From Patescibacteria group bacterium (GTDB lineage Bacteria > Patescibacteriota > Patescibacteriia > Patescibacteriales > GWC2-42-12): a DNA stretch of 64,000 nt. The stretch is taken from the NCBI GenBank assembly GCA_041662965.1, contig JBAZRI010000002.1, positions 46,062 through 110,061 of the forward strand, given 5' to 3'. Of this stretch, positions 45,897 to 54,991 are shown piece after piece (position 1 is the stretch's first letter; each line of letters begins with the position of its first letter). The notes under the pieces are model-generated. The model had not been told where the DNA came from, did not search any database, and saw only the letters and a list, made by a program, of their open reading frames with translations. The translations under genes and the position numbers were made by a program.

Positions 45897-46538
45897 ATGA
45901 AAAAAACAGGAAAAATATTTATTATTGCCGGTCCGACAGGAGGAGGAGAAAGTACTATCACCAATAAAATAATAAATCGCTACCCTTCTTTTAAAAGGTT
46001 GGTCACGGCCACTACCAGAAAGCCAAGAATTAAAGAAAAACATAAAATTGATTACTATTTTTTTAACAAACCAAAATTCAAAAAAGAAATAAAAAAAGGC
46101 AACATTATTGAACATACCTATATTAAAAACCGTAAGGCATATTATGGCAGTTATAAGCCGGATCTAGAAAAAAAATTAAATGAAGGCTATAACATTATTA
46201 TTAATCCAGACGCAGTGGGGGCAAAATATTATAAAAAATATTATAATGCTGTCACAATTTTTATAAAACCCGATTCACTTGAAAGCATCAAAAAAAGGCT
46301 TATTGCCAGAGATCCTAAAATCAAACCAGTTGAATTAAAAAAACGAATGGAAAATGCTAGAAATGAAATAAAAAATGAATCACGTTTTTACGATTTTACT
46401 GTTATAAATGCGCAAGGAAAGCTTAACCTGGCTATAAAAGAAGTCATTAAAATCATAAAAAAGCTTAAAGGAAAAAGATTGACAAAATCGGTTTATTATT
46501 ATAGTATAACTAAATCATTAAATATTAAGCATATTTAA
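45897..46538 (+). CDS. gmk: guanylate kinase-like P-loop kinase
   Basis: IIAGPTGGGEST Walker A; TTRKPR; YYGSYKPD. Confidence 0.65.
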   Translation: MKKTGKIFIIAGPTGGGESTITNKIINRYPSFKRLVTATTRKPRIKEKHKIDYYFFNKPKFKKEIKKGNIIEHTYIKNRKAYYGSYKPDLEKKLNEGYNIIINPDAVGAKYYKKYYNAVTIFIKPDSLESIKKRLIARDPKIKPVELKKRMENARNEIKNESRFYDFTVINAQGKLNLAIKEVIKIIKKLKGKRLTKSVYYYSITKSLNIKHI

Positions 46539-46577
46539 AATAGAACCGTTAATGTTCTATTTTTAAATATAAAAAAT

Positions 46578-46928
46578 ATGGCAAAAGCAAAAGAAGCAGT
46601 CATGGCGAAAATAAACCCGGAAGATTTAAAGCCCGGGATGACGGTCAGAGTCTACCAAAAAATTAAAGAGCTTAATTCTAAAGGCGAGGAGAAAGAAAGG
46701 GTGCAGTATTATGAAGGCATAATCATCGCTAAAAAGCACGGTAAAGAAGCCGGCGGAACGATTACGGTTAGAAAAGTATCCGACGGCGTTGGCGTGGAAA
46801 AAATCTTTCCTCTTAACCTGCCGACCATCACTAAAATAGAAATTAAAAAGCAAAGCCGGGTAAGGCGGGCTAAATTATATTTTTTGCGCGATTACAATAA
46901 AAAGATTAAAGACGTAAAAATCGCTTAA
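46578..46928 (+). CDS. rplS: 50S ribosomal protein L19
   Basis: GMTVRVYQKIKE...RVQYYEGIIIAKKHGKEAGGTITVRKVSDGVGVEKIFPL. Confidence 0.9.
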   Translation: MAKAKEAVMAKINPEDLKPGMTVRVYQKIKELNSKGEEKERVQYYEGIIIAKKHGKEAGGTITVRKVSDGVGVEKIFPLNLPTITKIEIKKQSRVRRAKLYFLRDYNKKIKDVKIA

Positions 46929-46934
46929 ACTCCG

Positions 46935-47018
46935 GCCGAGGTGGCGAAACTGGTACACGCACTACCTTGAGGTGGTAGCGGGGGCAACCCCTTGCAGGTT
47001 CAAGTCCTGTCCTCGGCA
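46935..47018 (+). tRNA. tRNA-Leu(GAG), type II
   Basis: GCCGAGGTGGCGAAACTGGTACACGCACTACCTTGAGGTGGTAG + long variable arm + GCAGGTTCAAGTCCTGTCCTCGGCA. Confidence 0.8.
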
Positions 47019-47030
47019 CCCACGCCTCGC

Positions 47031-47102
47031 GGACAGTTAGCTCAATGGTAGAGCACTGCGTTTACATCGCAGGGGTTGCAGGTTCGAGCCCTGCACTGTC
47101 CA
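47031..47102 (+). tRNA. tRNA-Val(TAC)
   Basis: GGACAGTTAGCTCAATGGTAGAGCACTGCGTTTACATCGCAGGGGTTGCAGGTTCGAGCCCTGCACTGTCCA. Confidence 0.8.
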
Positions 47103-47103
47103 C

Positions 47104-47523
47104 ATGAAATTTCTCTCCGCGTCTCCAAAACAAACTTTTAGCTTTGCAAAAAACTTCTCTAAAAAATTAACCGGCGGCGCTACACTTGGGCTAATCGGCG
47201 ATTTAGGGGCCGGCAAGACTGTTTTCACCAAAGGTTTGGCGGCTGGTTTAGGCATTAAAAAAAACATCACCAGCCCGACTTTTGTCTTGATGAAAGTTTA
47301 CTCCGTTAAATCATTAAACATTAAATTTTTAGTTCATATTGACGCTTACCGAATTAAATCAGGCCGTGATTTAATAGCTATCGGCGCTGATGAATATTTT
47401 AACCGGCCGGACACGGTAACTATCATAGAATGGGCGGATAAAATAAAAAAAATCTTGCCTAAAAAGGCAAAATTGGTTAAAATAAGCTTCCTAAAAAATA
47501 ATTTAAGAAAAATTATTTTTTAA
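47104..47523 (+). CDS. tsaE: tRNA threonylcarbamoyladenosine biosynthesis protein TsaE
   Basis: LIGDLGAGKTVFTKGLAAGLGI...ITSPTF P-loop. Confidence 0.75.
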   Translation: MKFLSASPKQTFSFAKNFSKKLTGGATLGLIGDLGAGKTVFTKGLAAGLGIKKNITSPTFVLMKVYSVKSLNIKFLVHIDAYRIKSGRDLIAIGADEYFNRPDTVTIIEWADKIKKILPKKAKLVKISFLKNNLRKIIF

Positions 47524-48428
47524 TTTACCTCCTGTCCAGCTTTTTCTTCATTTAAACTATTACAATATTTTTGGATATCGCTACAAACTCGATCTTCTCC
47601 AAAGTTAATATTATTGCTTTCGCCAGGATATTTTTTTTCCTCTTCATCCCGTATATTTTGTACAATTTTTAAAACTCTACCATAACTATCGGCGATGGTT
47701 GTTTTACCTCTTTTTTTCGCATACTCGGCAAAATCATTCAATTGCATCTCAATCTGGCTGATAATTAAAAATTTTACGTGATGTTGGGCTAGGCTTCTTT
47801 TTTTATTATCTACCCACAACTTAATTATTTCATTTAAATTCTTCATATCAACGCCGATAATTACTCTAGGAACATTTTTCATTTCTCCACGATAAGTATC
47901 GGTTAAAAGGTATTGAATAACCCCAATATTCCCTTTATCTATCCGTTTTTTTATACTGTCCATTTTATCAATAATGCCTTTGCCAAAAGTTATATCTACG
48001 CCTAAAGCTAAATGGGAGGTTGATGATGTCTCGGTTTGCTCAAACTCGATTATTTCATCTATGCCATTTTTTAAATCATCATACCAAGAGGCTTTTTGAG
48101 CGGTAGCATGCTCCCCCAGCCAGCCGTTCATATCAATTTGATCATGAATTATGGCTTCAAAAACTATGGCATATTTTTGCGCTTCTATTTGCTCGGGCGT
48201 ATTATCAATTTTAAATTTTTGCTGTCTTTGCTCCACATAATCACCATGCTCTTTTATTATCCGACTTTTATATAAATCTCTAAATTCGTCCTGACTTATT
48301 CTTTCTTCGTTAAGTAATTCAACAGCTTTTTTATAAGCTATGTTCAAATTTATTTCATGTTCTTCGCTATCACTTCCTCTTTCTTGTTTATTAATTAATA
48401 TAGCTTCGGGTGAAAAATTTTTATTCAT
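47520..48428 (-). CDS. hypothetical 302-aa protein, AT-rich codon usage, no recognisable family
   Basis: Acidic N-terminus; ...LALGVDITFGKG...RVIIGVDMKNLNEI...; codon usage differs from core genes. Confidence 0.45.
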   Translation of the reverse strand: MNKNFSPEAILINKQERGSDSEEHEINLNIAYKKAVELLNEERISQDEFRDLYKSRIIKEHGDYVEQRQQKFKIDNTPEQIEAQKYAIVFEAIIHDQIDMNGWLGEHATAQKASWYDDLKNGIDEIIEFEQTETSSTSHLALGVDITFGKGIIDKMDSIKKRIDKGNIGVIQYLLTDTYRGEMKNVPRVIIGVDMKNLNEIIKLWVDNKKRSLAQHHVKFLIISQIEMQLNDFAEYAKKRGKTTIADSYGRVLKIVQNIRDEEEKKYPGESNNINFGEDRVCSDIQKYCNSLNEEKAGQEVN

Positions 48429-48876
48429 ATTTATGATTTTTAATAGATAACAACAATAAAATTACGCCAACCGTTATCATTATGTCAGCTAAATTAAACA
48501 CGGTAAAATATTTTAAATCCAAATAATCAATTACAAAGCCATATTTAAGCCTGTCAAATAAATTACTGCTGGCGCCGGCGATAATTAGAGATAACGCCAC
48601 GGCCTTAAAGATTTGCGCCTTTTTAAGGCAAGCCAAGCCGAATAATATTAAAATTACTATTATCAAGGCGATTAAAATCATCAGCGGCCAGCCGGCTAAA
48701 GGCAAGGAAAAAGCAATATAGTAATTATTTTTATAGCTAAATTTTAAAATTTCACCCAATAAATTAAATTCGCTCGCCTGATTGGCAAAAGAAAAAACCT
48801 TAAAAAATCTATCCAGTGCAATAAAAAAAATGACAGCCATGCTAATCGCTATCATTTTTTTAAAATCTTTAAGCAT
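48421..48876 (-). CDS. lspA: lipoprotein signal peptidase II
   Basis: Start at internal Met (MLKDFKK); C-terminal NLFDRLKYGFVIDYLDLKYFTVFNLADIMITVGV signature. Confidence 0.75.
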   Translation of the reverse strand: MLKDFKKMIAISMAVIFFIALDRFFKVFSFANQASEFNLLGEILKFSYKNNYYIAFSLPLAGWPLMILIALIIVILILFGLACLKKAQIFKAVALSLIIAGASSNLFDRLKYGFVIDYLDLKYFTVFNLADIMITVGVILLLLSIKNHKYE

Positions 48877-48886
48877 AAGTCTCGCG

Positions 48887-49258
48887 CTAAGCCATTTTTT
48901 GCAGCTTGGTCTTGCAAGCAATGCAAGTATTGGCCACCGGCCTGGCCATAAGCCTTTTTTCGCCGATTTCTTTTTTGCAATATTTGCAGATGCCGTAAGT
49001 TCCTTTGGCAATTCTCACCAAAGCATTATCAACGTCGCGCAGAGCGCTCTCTAAAACTTTTTCCGTGGCCAAATTAGTGGTGTATTCGTCAATTTCTTGA
49101 ACGCTCTCATCGCTCTTGTCGCCATAATTAGGAAATTTAGCCTGGTGCTCGTCTTTGGTATGCTCGTCTTTTTTAGTAAAACTCTTTAGATCTTCGCCTA
49201 GCTGTTTTTTACTGGCCAATAATATTTTTTTTATTTTCTCTATAGCCTTTTTGTCCAT
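48887..49258 (-). CDS. DksA/TraR-family C4 zinc-finger protein
   Basis: C-terminal CKYCKKEIGEKRLMARPVANTCIACK (CxxC-x17-CxxC). Confidence 0.7.
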   Translation of the reverse strand: MDKKAIEKIKKILLASKKQLGEDLKSFTKKDEHTKDEHQAKFPNYGDKSDESVQEIDEYTTNLATEKVLESALRDVDNALVRIAKGTYGICKYCKKEIGEKRLMARPVANTCIACKTKLQKMA

Positions 49259-49827
49259 ATTTTTATAGTTATTGTAAAACTAAACTCAATAATCCGCTTT
49301 AAACTAAAAATTTATTCTTGATACCAAGAATAAATTATCACTTATAATATACGCTATAAACGGCTTTTTGGCAAGAGTTTCCCTAAATTTAAAAGCGGCC
49401 CGATGAAGGGCCCTTAATATATAAAATAAATAAATGGCCTAATCGAGCCGCATCCCCAAAGATTTATTCCTTCTCCATCCGATGGATAGATAAGAAAATC
49501 CCTAGTCTTCGAGGCTGAAGCATTCTCGTTCACTTGAAAAATGCAAATTTTTGCTGTCTTTTGGTAAATCTCCTTTATTTTTATTTAGTAAGAAGACCTA
49601 CCGTTATTTTGTTTTTGTTTTGTAAATTGCCATGTGAACTCTGGCATTTTAAGTCAGCAAAAAAGAAAAATTTTCCCAAAAATGTATTTTCGGAAGACTT
49701 TTCTATATATATTATTAATGACCTAATATAAGTATAACACTAAAAATAAGATAAGTCAATAATCTAAGCTAAGATTACAATGCTTTAATATTAGCCAATT
49801 TATATTTTTTATTTTTATTAGCTATAA

Positions 49828-49920
49828 CTTAAGTCTACATTAATGTAGACTTAAGTCCGTTATTTATCCACATAGACCACTTGTTATCCACAATTTATCA
49901 AAACAACTTAAGTCCACAAT
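49828..49920. promoter_or_regulatory. DnaA-box / iteron cluster
   Basis: Two perfect TTATCCACA boxes (49864-49872, 49884-49892) in direct orientation plus ttatcaaaa and gtccacaat half-boxes. Four cttaagtc motifs including the 30-bp palindrome acttaagtctacattaatgtagacttaagt. Confidence 0.45.
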
Positions 49921-49940
49921 TCTCTAGACTTAAGTATTTG

Positions 49941-50012
49941 AGGCCTGAGTGGGAATTGAACCCACGCATAAGAGTTTTGCAGACTCTCGCCTTACCGCTT
50001 GGCTATCAGGCC
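49941..50012 (-). tRNA. tRNA-Cys(GCA)
   Basis: GGCCTGATAGCCAAGCGGTAAGGCGAGAGTCTGCAAAACTCTTATGCGTGGGTTCAATTCCCACTCAGGCCT. Confidence 0.85.
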
Positions 50013-50134
50013 TTAATGCTAAATTTTACTTTCAAATCTTAATTAAATATACCAAATAAAATACCTTAAAACAAGTATAATAAAACACCCTTTTAAGGTG
50101 TGATTCTAATAGACAACATATCTAAAATCTCTAA

Positions 50135-50695
50135 TTACTCTAAAACCTCTATTTTAGCCATTTTCACGCCAAACTTAACCGCGTCAGGTCTTTCTATCAT
50201 CCAAACATCAACTCTATTAGAAAACCGCTTATTCATCCTATCGCGCACGACGAAGACTCTATCGCCAAACAATTCCGGTATTTTAACCTTAGAGCCGAAA
50301 GGTAAAAAGTTAGCCGCGATCGTATCCTCAACCCCATAATCGCAAACATTAAAGCCATTGGCGGTTATACAAGGAGAATTGTCGGTTTGCCCGGCCTCTG
50401 AATTATAAGCGGTTATGGTAACATGACGAGAAAAATCAATATCAGCCCCTCTGCTTTCCGGTAATTTACCGTTAAATTCCATAATATTAACGGCTACATC
50501 TTGGTTAATTTCATTTTGGCTAGAAATAATGCCTTTTTCTTGGCTAATATCAATATCTTTTTCCATTTGGCTCGCCATTAACGGCGCCGGGAATAATAAA
50601 AACTCAAAAAATAAAATAGCAACTAAAACAATAACCACTTTTTTGGCTTGTTTTAGAGTAATTATTTTATTATGATTTTTCTTTAAAGCTTCCAT
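50135..50695 (-). CDS. membrane-anchored 3D-domain (MltA/RlpA-like double-psi barrel) cell-wall protein
   Basis: TITAYNSEAGQTDNSPCITANGF...DTIAANFLPFGSKVKIPELFGDRVFVVRDRMNKRFSNRVDVWM. Confidence 0.7.
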   Translation of the reverse strand: MEALKKNHNKIITLKQAKKVVIVLVAILFFEFLLFPAPLMASQMEKDIDISQEKGIISSQNEINQDVAVNIMEFNGKLPESRGADIDFSRHVTITAYNSEAGQTDNSPCITANGFNVCDYGVEDTIAANFLPFGSKVKIPELFGDRVFVVRDRMNKRFSNRVDVWMIERPDAVKFGVKMAKIEVLE

Positions 50696-51011
50696 ATTGG
50701 CTAATTTTAGATATTTTACTACATAAAAATCCCTATCATTTCCTTTGGGGAATAATTAGATAGGGATTTTCTTGTCTTATATTATAATGGTATCATGGAT
50801 ACGATCCGAAGTCAACCTATCTGCCTAACAGGCAGACCTTGACTTTTATTTTATTTTATTGTATTATACAAAATCAGCTCATTAAAAATTTTCTCAAAAT
50901 TGTCCCGAAGAGAAAATTGTTTTTACTACATAGTCTTTATAGCCTTTTGCTTAGGATAATTTTAGAAAATAATATAAATCAACTTTTCCCTTAAAGGAGG
51001 ATACGATTATC

Positions 51012-51554
51012 ATGAAAACGAAAAAATCAATTTTGTTGGTATTATCCGCGATTATGTTAACGGTCACTATTGGTTGCTCCACCGTACAGCAGGTTGCAAT
51101 AAAGGGCGGGGACGAACAGAAAATCTATACGTCGAATCATCGAGGCATCGTCCCTGGCCCGGATAATGCCGTCAGCGCGGCGACGGCTTACTCAATCGTT
51201 GAAAAAACAAATGCCGAAGTTGGCCTTATCGCAAGCTACAGCCAAAACGGGATACAATCCAATCGGGAGGGCGAGGCATTAGGGTTTATTATCAACGACA
51301 AACACAAAACATGGGATCTGACTATCAAAACAAAAATTGGCGGGTTAACAATTTTCCAAACTAACGTACCTCCGGAGAAAAAACTTGAGCACAGGCTACG
51401 ATGGGGAGAATATGTTACGGTCTGGTCTGATGGCTACCAAAAATACACCAACACCCTAAAAGTTGCGCCTTACGCTGACGTGAGGACAAAAATTAAGAGG
51501 GAAAATAAAGAGGAAGAAGTAAGGGGTTATTGGATGACTCACTTACCGCAGTAG
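51012..51554 (+). CDS. lipoprotein, function unknown
   Basis: RBS aaggagg; signal peptide plus lipobox LTVTIGCS; GC-richer codons than neighbours. Confidence 0.55.
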   Translation: MKTKKSILLVLSAIMLTVTIGCSTVQQVAIKGGDEQKIYTSNHRGIVPGPDNAVSAATAYSIVEKTNAEVGLIASYSQNGIQSNREGEALGFIINDKHKTWDLTIKTKIGGLTIFQTNVPPEKKLEHRLRWGEYVTVWSDGYQKYTNTLKVAPYADVRTKIKRENKEEEVRGYWMTHLPQ

Positions 51555-51585
51555 GACGGTAAAAAATATAATCCTAAATAACGAA

Positions 51586-51628
51586 AAGGCGTTTATCAAT
51601 TTTCATCGATAAACGCCTTATTTTATTC
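51586..51628 (+). terminator. rho-independent terminator
   Basis: aaggcgtttatcaat-tttc-atcgataaacgcctt + attttatt. Confidence 0.6.
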
Positions 51629-51669
51629 TCACCAAATTAATATTTTATTAATACACTTACTTATATTTA

Positions 51670-52119
51670 TTACTCGCCTGTATTATTTACTGGATTTGAA
51701 GGTGCCCCGCCTCCACCGCCTCCCCCATCCGGCAAACTGCTAAACACGAAATAAGTTATGGAGTAAGCCGCGGTAATAATAATTAAGCCGATAACCGCGC
51801 GCGTTAAAGTATTTTTTGCCAGCGTTACCTTTTCTTCGTCGCCTTGCGCCGTCATCCAGTTATAGCCGGCATAAATTATCAAAACTAGAAAAATTATGCC
51901 TAATAAGCCTAAAAAAGCGCTAATCGCAATTCTAATCATTTGCGGCATAGTATTTACCGTAGCCTCTTCGCCGCCCCAACCTTTAGTACCTGCTTTATCC
52001 AACTGATCAAAAAGTTCTACTCCTGCCCTGGCCTGGCAGGACTGAATACTAAACAAACTATTTATCAAAAAAATAACAGATAAAACGCTAAAAATAAATT
52101 TAATATATTTTTTGGCCAT
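51670..52119 (-). CDS. VirB2/TrbC-like T4SS pilin family protein (paralog 4; array member 1) with Gly-rich C-tail
   Basis: ...FLGLLGIIFLVLIIYAGYNWMTAQGDEEKVTLAKNTLTRAVIGLIIITAAYSI...GGGGGGG. Confidence 0.7.
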   Translation of the reverse strand: MAKKYIKFIFSVLSVIFLINSLFSIQSCQARAGVELFDQLDKAGTKGWGGEEATVNTMPQMIRIAISAFLGLLGIIFLVLIIYAGYNWMTAQGDEEKVTLAKNTLTRAVIGLIIITAAYSITYFVFSSLPDGGGGGGGAPSNPVNNTGE

Positions 52120-52124
52120 ATTTA

Positions 52125-52511
52125 TTATAATATCCTGGCTGTAAATATTAGCTTAACTAGTACCCATGTGCTAATCGCATAGGCGGCAATAGTTATAATC
52201 AAACCGATAACCGCGCGCTGAAGCGTATCTTTAGCTTTATTAACCTTTTCCTCTTCGCCCTGCGCTGTCATCCAGTTAAAACCGGCATAAATTATCAAAA
52301 CTAAAAATATAACGCCTAATAAGCCTAAAAAAGCCTGAATAACTATGCCAACGATTTCCGCCAGCTTATATTGATCGGCAGCCGCATATGGCGCGGTGCC
52401 GCCTTCTTCTCCAACCTTTTTTAAACTATTATAAGCATCGCTAGAAGCTAGAACAAACGACGGAAAAATCAGCATCAGTAAAAATATTAAAATTACTATT
52501 TTTTTTGCCAT
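52125..52511 (-). CDS. VirB2/TrbC-like T4SS pilin family protein (paralog 5; array member 2)
   Basis: ...FLGLLGVIFLVLIIYAGFNWMTAQGEEEKVNKAKDTLQRAVIGLIITIAAYAI. Confidence 0.7.
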   Translation of the reverse strand: MAKKIVILIFLLMLIFPSFVLASSDAYNSLKKVGEEGGTAPYAAADQYKLAEIVGIVIQAFLGLLGVIFLVLIIYAGFNWMTAQGEEEKVNKAKDTLQRAVIGLIITIAAYAISTWVLVKLIFTARIL

Positions 52512-52539
52512 AAAATTAATTTTAGTTTATCTGCGATTT

Positions 52540-52992
52540 TTATTCGGGTTGTGGAGTAGGGGCAGGCGTAGTCTGCCCTGATCCGGCGCCTTTTAAAGTT
52601 CCGACTTCTATTCTAGCCATAACAAAAACGCTAATAGCGTAGGCCGCGACGATTATAATAACACCGACGATGGCCCGCTTTAGCGTGTCTTTAGCTTTTT
52701 CCACCTTTGCCTCTTCGCCCTGCGCCGTCATCCAATTATAGCCGGCGTAAAGCATATAAGTTAAAAGCACCACGCCGATAACGCTTAAAAAAGCGTTGAT
52801 GACGATTTGAATTAAAGATAATAAATCTCCGGAAGTATCATAACCGCCGTCAGATCCAGCGAATAGCGTTTTAGCATCTATATCATTTTTCGTTTCCTCT
52901 TTTAATAAACCAGCAAAACATAAATTACCAATCAAAAAAACAAAGAAAAATAATATTATTGCCAAATAAAATTTTTTACTTTTATAAATCAT
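52540..52992 (-). CDS. VirB2/TrbC-like T4SS pilin family protein (paralog 6; array member 3)
   Basis: Start at internal Met (MIYKSKKFYLAIILFF) to avoid overlap with the upstream gene; ...LSVIGVVLLTYMLYAGYNWMTAQGEEAKVEKAKDTLKRAIVGVIIIVAAYAI. Confidence 0.65.
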   Translation of the reverse strand: MIYKSKKFYLAIILFFFVFLIGNLCFAGLLKEETKNDIDAKTLFAGSDGGYDTSGDLLSLIQIVINAFLSVIGVVLLTYMLYAGYNWMTAQGEEAKVEKAKDTLKRAIVGVIIIVAAYAISVFVMARIEVGTLKGAGSGQTTPAPTPQPE

Positions 52993-53008
52993 AATTAATC
53001 CAATTAAA

Positions 53009-53383
53009 TTAAAACAGTCTGTCAAAAATAAACCTCCAAATAGCGTAAGCGCCAACTACGATAATTATGCCGATTATAGCCCGATTTATAGTATCTTTAG
53101 CTTTAGAGACTTTCTCCTCTTCGCCGCGCGCCGTCATCCAGTTATAACCGGCGTAAATCATTAAAATCAAAAAAATTGAACCCACTAAAGCTAAGGCGGA
53201 ACTTATAATAGTTCCGATTGCCACAGATAAGCCAAATTCTCCTGCTACTTGATAAGGCCCTTTTGTTGCTCCAACCTCCTGCAATTTTCCTAGCGCGGCA
53301 TTTTCGGCTAAAACCAATTGCGGCAAAACAATAATAATTGCCAGCCAAACCAATAAAATAATTTTTGAATATTTTTTAATCAT
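53009..53383 (-). CDS. VirB2/TrbC-like T4SS pilin family protein (paralog 7; array member 4)
   Basis: ...LALVGSIFLILMIYAGYNWMTARGEEEKVSKAKDTINRAIIGIIIVVGAYAI. Confidence 0.7.
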   Translation of the reverse strand: MIKKYSKIILLVWLAIIIVLPQLVLAENAALGKLQEVGATKGPYQVAGEFGLSVAIGTIISSALALVGSIFLILMIYAGYNWMTARGEEEKVSKAKDTINRAIIGIIIVVGAYAIWRFIFDRLF

Positions 53384-53464
53384 TATATTTATATTTCAAC
53401 TAATTACTCAATAAATATTTTTATAATACCAGCGTCCTGAAAATTTTCTAAAATAATTCGTGTG

Positions 53465-53920
53465 TCATTCTGAAAGAAGTTCCGGCCCCGACTCTTCTAA
53501 GGTGGCCGTGCCTAAAGCATTAATTACATACCAGCTAATGGCGTAAGCGGCTAGAACAACCACTAAGCCAATAATCGCATTCTGGATAATTTGCTTGGCT
53601 TTTTCCACCTCCTGCTCGTTGCCCCGCGCCAGCATCCAAATATAACCGCCGTAAATCGCCAAAATTAAAAATAATACTCCGATGAAGCTTAAGGCCGTTG
53701 TAATAACTAAAGAAATCATACTTTCGGCTGTTACGCTATCGCTAACATTATAACCTGCTCCATCTGGACCGGCCACTTCATCAAGCGTGCTGTTTTTACC
53801 AAAAGCATCATACAAATTATCAGTCTTGGCCTGGGAAAAAAGAGGCGCTAAAATAACAAACCATAGAATCAAAACCAAGGCTAAATTTTTTATAACTTTA
53901 AAATTTATGATTTTCTCCAT
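53465..53920 (-). CDS. VirB2/TrbC-like T4SS pilin family protein (paralog 8; array member 5)
   Basis: ...LSFIGVLFLILAIYGGYIWMLARGNEQEVEKAKQIIQNAIIGLVVVLAAYAI. Confidence 0.7.
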   Translation of the reverse strand: MEKIINFKVIKNLALVLILWFVILAPLFSQAKTDNLYDAFGKNSTLDEVAGPDGAGYNVSDSVTAESMISLVITTALSFIGVLFLILAIYGGYIWMLARGNEQEVEKAKQIIQNAIIGLVVVLAAYAISWYVINALGTATLEESGPELLSE

Positions 53921-54327
53921 AAAATTACCATTAATTCTGTTATGGCGTAAGCGCCTAAAACTACGGCTAAACCGATTACCGCGTAAATTATAATATTTTT
54001 GGCTTTGGCGACTTCCTGTTCATTGCCCCGCGCCAGCATCCAGAGAAATCCCGCATATATCATTAAGCCCAAAAAAATTACGCCTAAAAAAGTTGTTGAA
54101 ATATTTAATATTTTACCGATCTTTTGCGGCAGAGATAAACTATTCGCCGGGTCCGCAGTATAACCGATTCCTGCGCCAGCCTCTGTTAAGCCTTTGTTGA
54201 ATGATGATGCTGCTGATATTTTTATAATGCCGGCGTTAAACAAAAAACCGTTTAATAAAACAACGCCGACTATAAAACATAATATTTTTTTCAACCCGTT
54301 AGAAATTCTGGTTTTATTAGCTTGCAT
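53905..54327 (-). CDS. VirB2/TrbC-like T4SS pilin family protein (paralog 9; array member 6)
   Basis: ...TTFLGVIFLGLMIYAGFLWMLARGNEQEVAKAKNIIIYAVIGLAVVLGAYAI; 16-nt overlap with the upstream gene. Confidence 0.7.
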   Translation of the reverse strand: MQANKTRISNGLKKILCFIVGVVLLNGFLFNAGIIKISAASSFNKGLTEAGAGIGYTADPANSLSLPQKIGKILNISTTFLGVIFLGLMIYAGFLWMLARGNEQEVAKAKNIIIYAVIGLAVVLGAYAITELMVILWRKS

Positions 54328-54383
54328 ATTTTTAAAATAACACTCATAAAATTTTATAATTTCTAACGGGTTTCATAAAGATA

Positions 54384-54776
54384 TTATTTGCCTACAATCC
54401 CGCTAAGATAAGTAGTTATGGCATAAGCCATTAGAACTATGACCAAGCCGATAACCGCGGCGATTATAATATCTTTGGCTTTGCCGGCAGTCTGCTCGTT
54501 GCCCATGGAAAACATCCACATATAACCGCCGTAAATTATCAAAATGAAAAAGGCCACGCCTAAAAAAGATAAGGCCACGCCAACGATTTTGCCAATTGTT
54601 TCTGATAGAGTTGCGGTCTTTGTTATATTGTTGCCAAATCCACCTGTCGCGGTTTTATTTAAACCTGTGTCATCTTCAATAGCGGCCAACCCTACCTGCG
54701 CCACCATTAAAAATGATAAAACAAATAACAGGCTAATAAAGATAAATTTAAATTTTTTGGTCAAAAACATACACAA
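54384..54776 (-). CDS. VirB2/TrbC-like T4SS pilin family protein (paralog 10; array member 7)
   Basis: ...LSFLGVAFFILIIYGGYMWMFSMGNEQTAGKAKDIIIAAVIGLVIVLMAYAI. Confidence 0.7.
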   Translation of the reverse strand: MCMFLTKKFKFIFISLLFVLSFLMVAQVGLAAIEDDTGLNKTATGGFGNNITKTATLSETIGKIVGVALSFLGVAFFILIIYGGYMWMFSMGNEQTAGKAKDIIIAAVIGLVIVLMAYAITTYLSGIVGK

Positions 54777-54780
54777 AAAT

Positions 54781-54900
54781 TTCTGTCATTCCGGCCGTAG
54801 CCTGTCCTGTACTTGATACAGGATGCCGTAATCCAGAGTTCAGCGCAACGAACAAATTTCTGGATTGCTGGTCAAGCCCGCAATGACGATTTAATTATTC
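54781..54900. repeat. compound TGTCATTCC / GCAATGACGA-type repeat cluster inside the pilin array
   Basis: tgtcattccggccgtagcctgtcctgtacttgatacaggatgccgtaatccagag...ggattgctggtcaagcccgcaatgacga. Confidence 0.55.
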
Positions 54901-54991
54901 CACCGCTCTGCTCACGAGATCAAAATCATGTTCAGGGCAGTGGCCCGGGCTAAGCCCGGAACCACCTTTTTTAACACCGGTGTTAAAAATT

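Noticed and set aside
47037-47270. 77-aa minus-strand ORF
   Set aside because: Overlaps tRNA-Val and is antisense to tsaE.
49534-49731. 65-aa ORF in the AT-rich gene-free region upstream of dksA-like gene
   Set aside because: No RBS, a Cys/Leu/Phe-rich low-complexity product, and it lies within a non-coding region that has regulatory-looking repeats.
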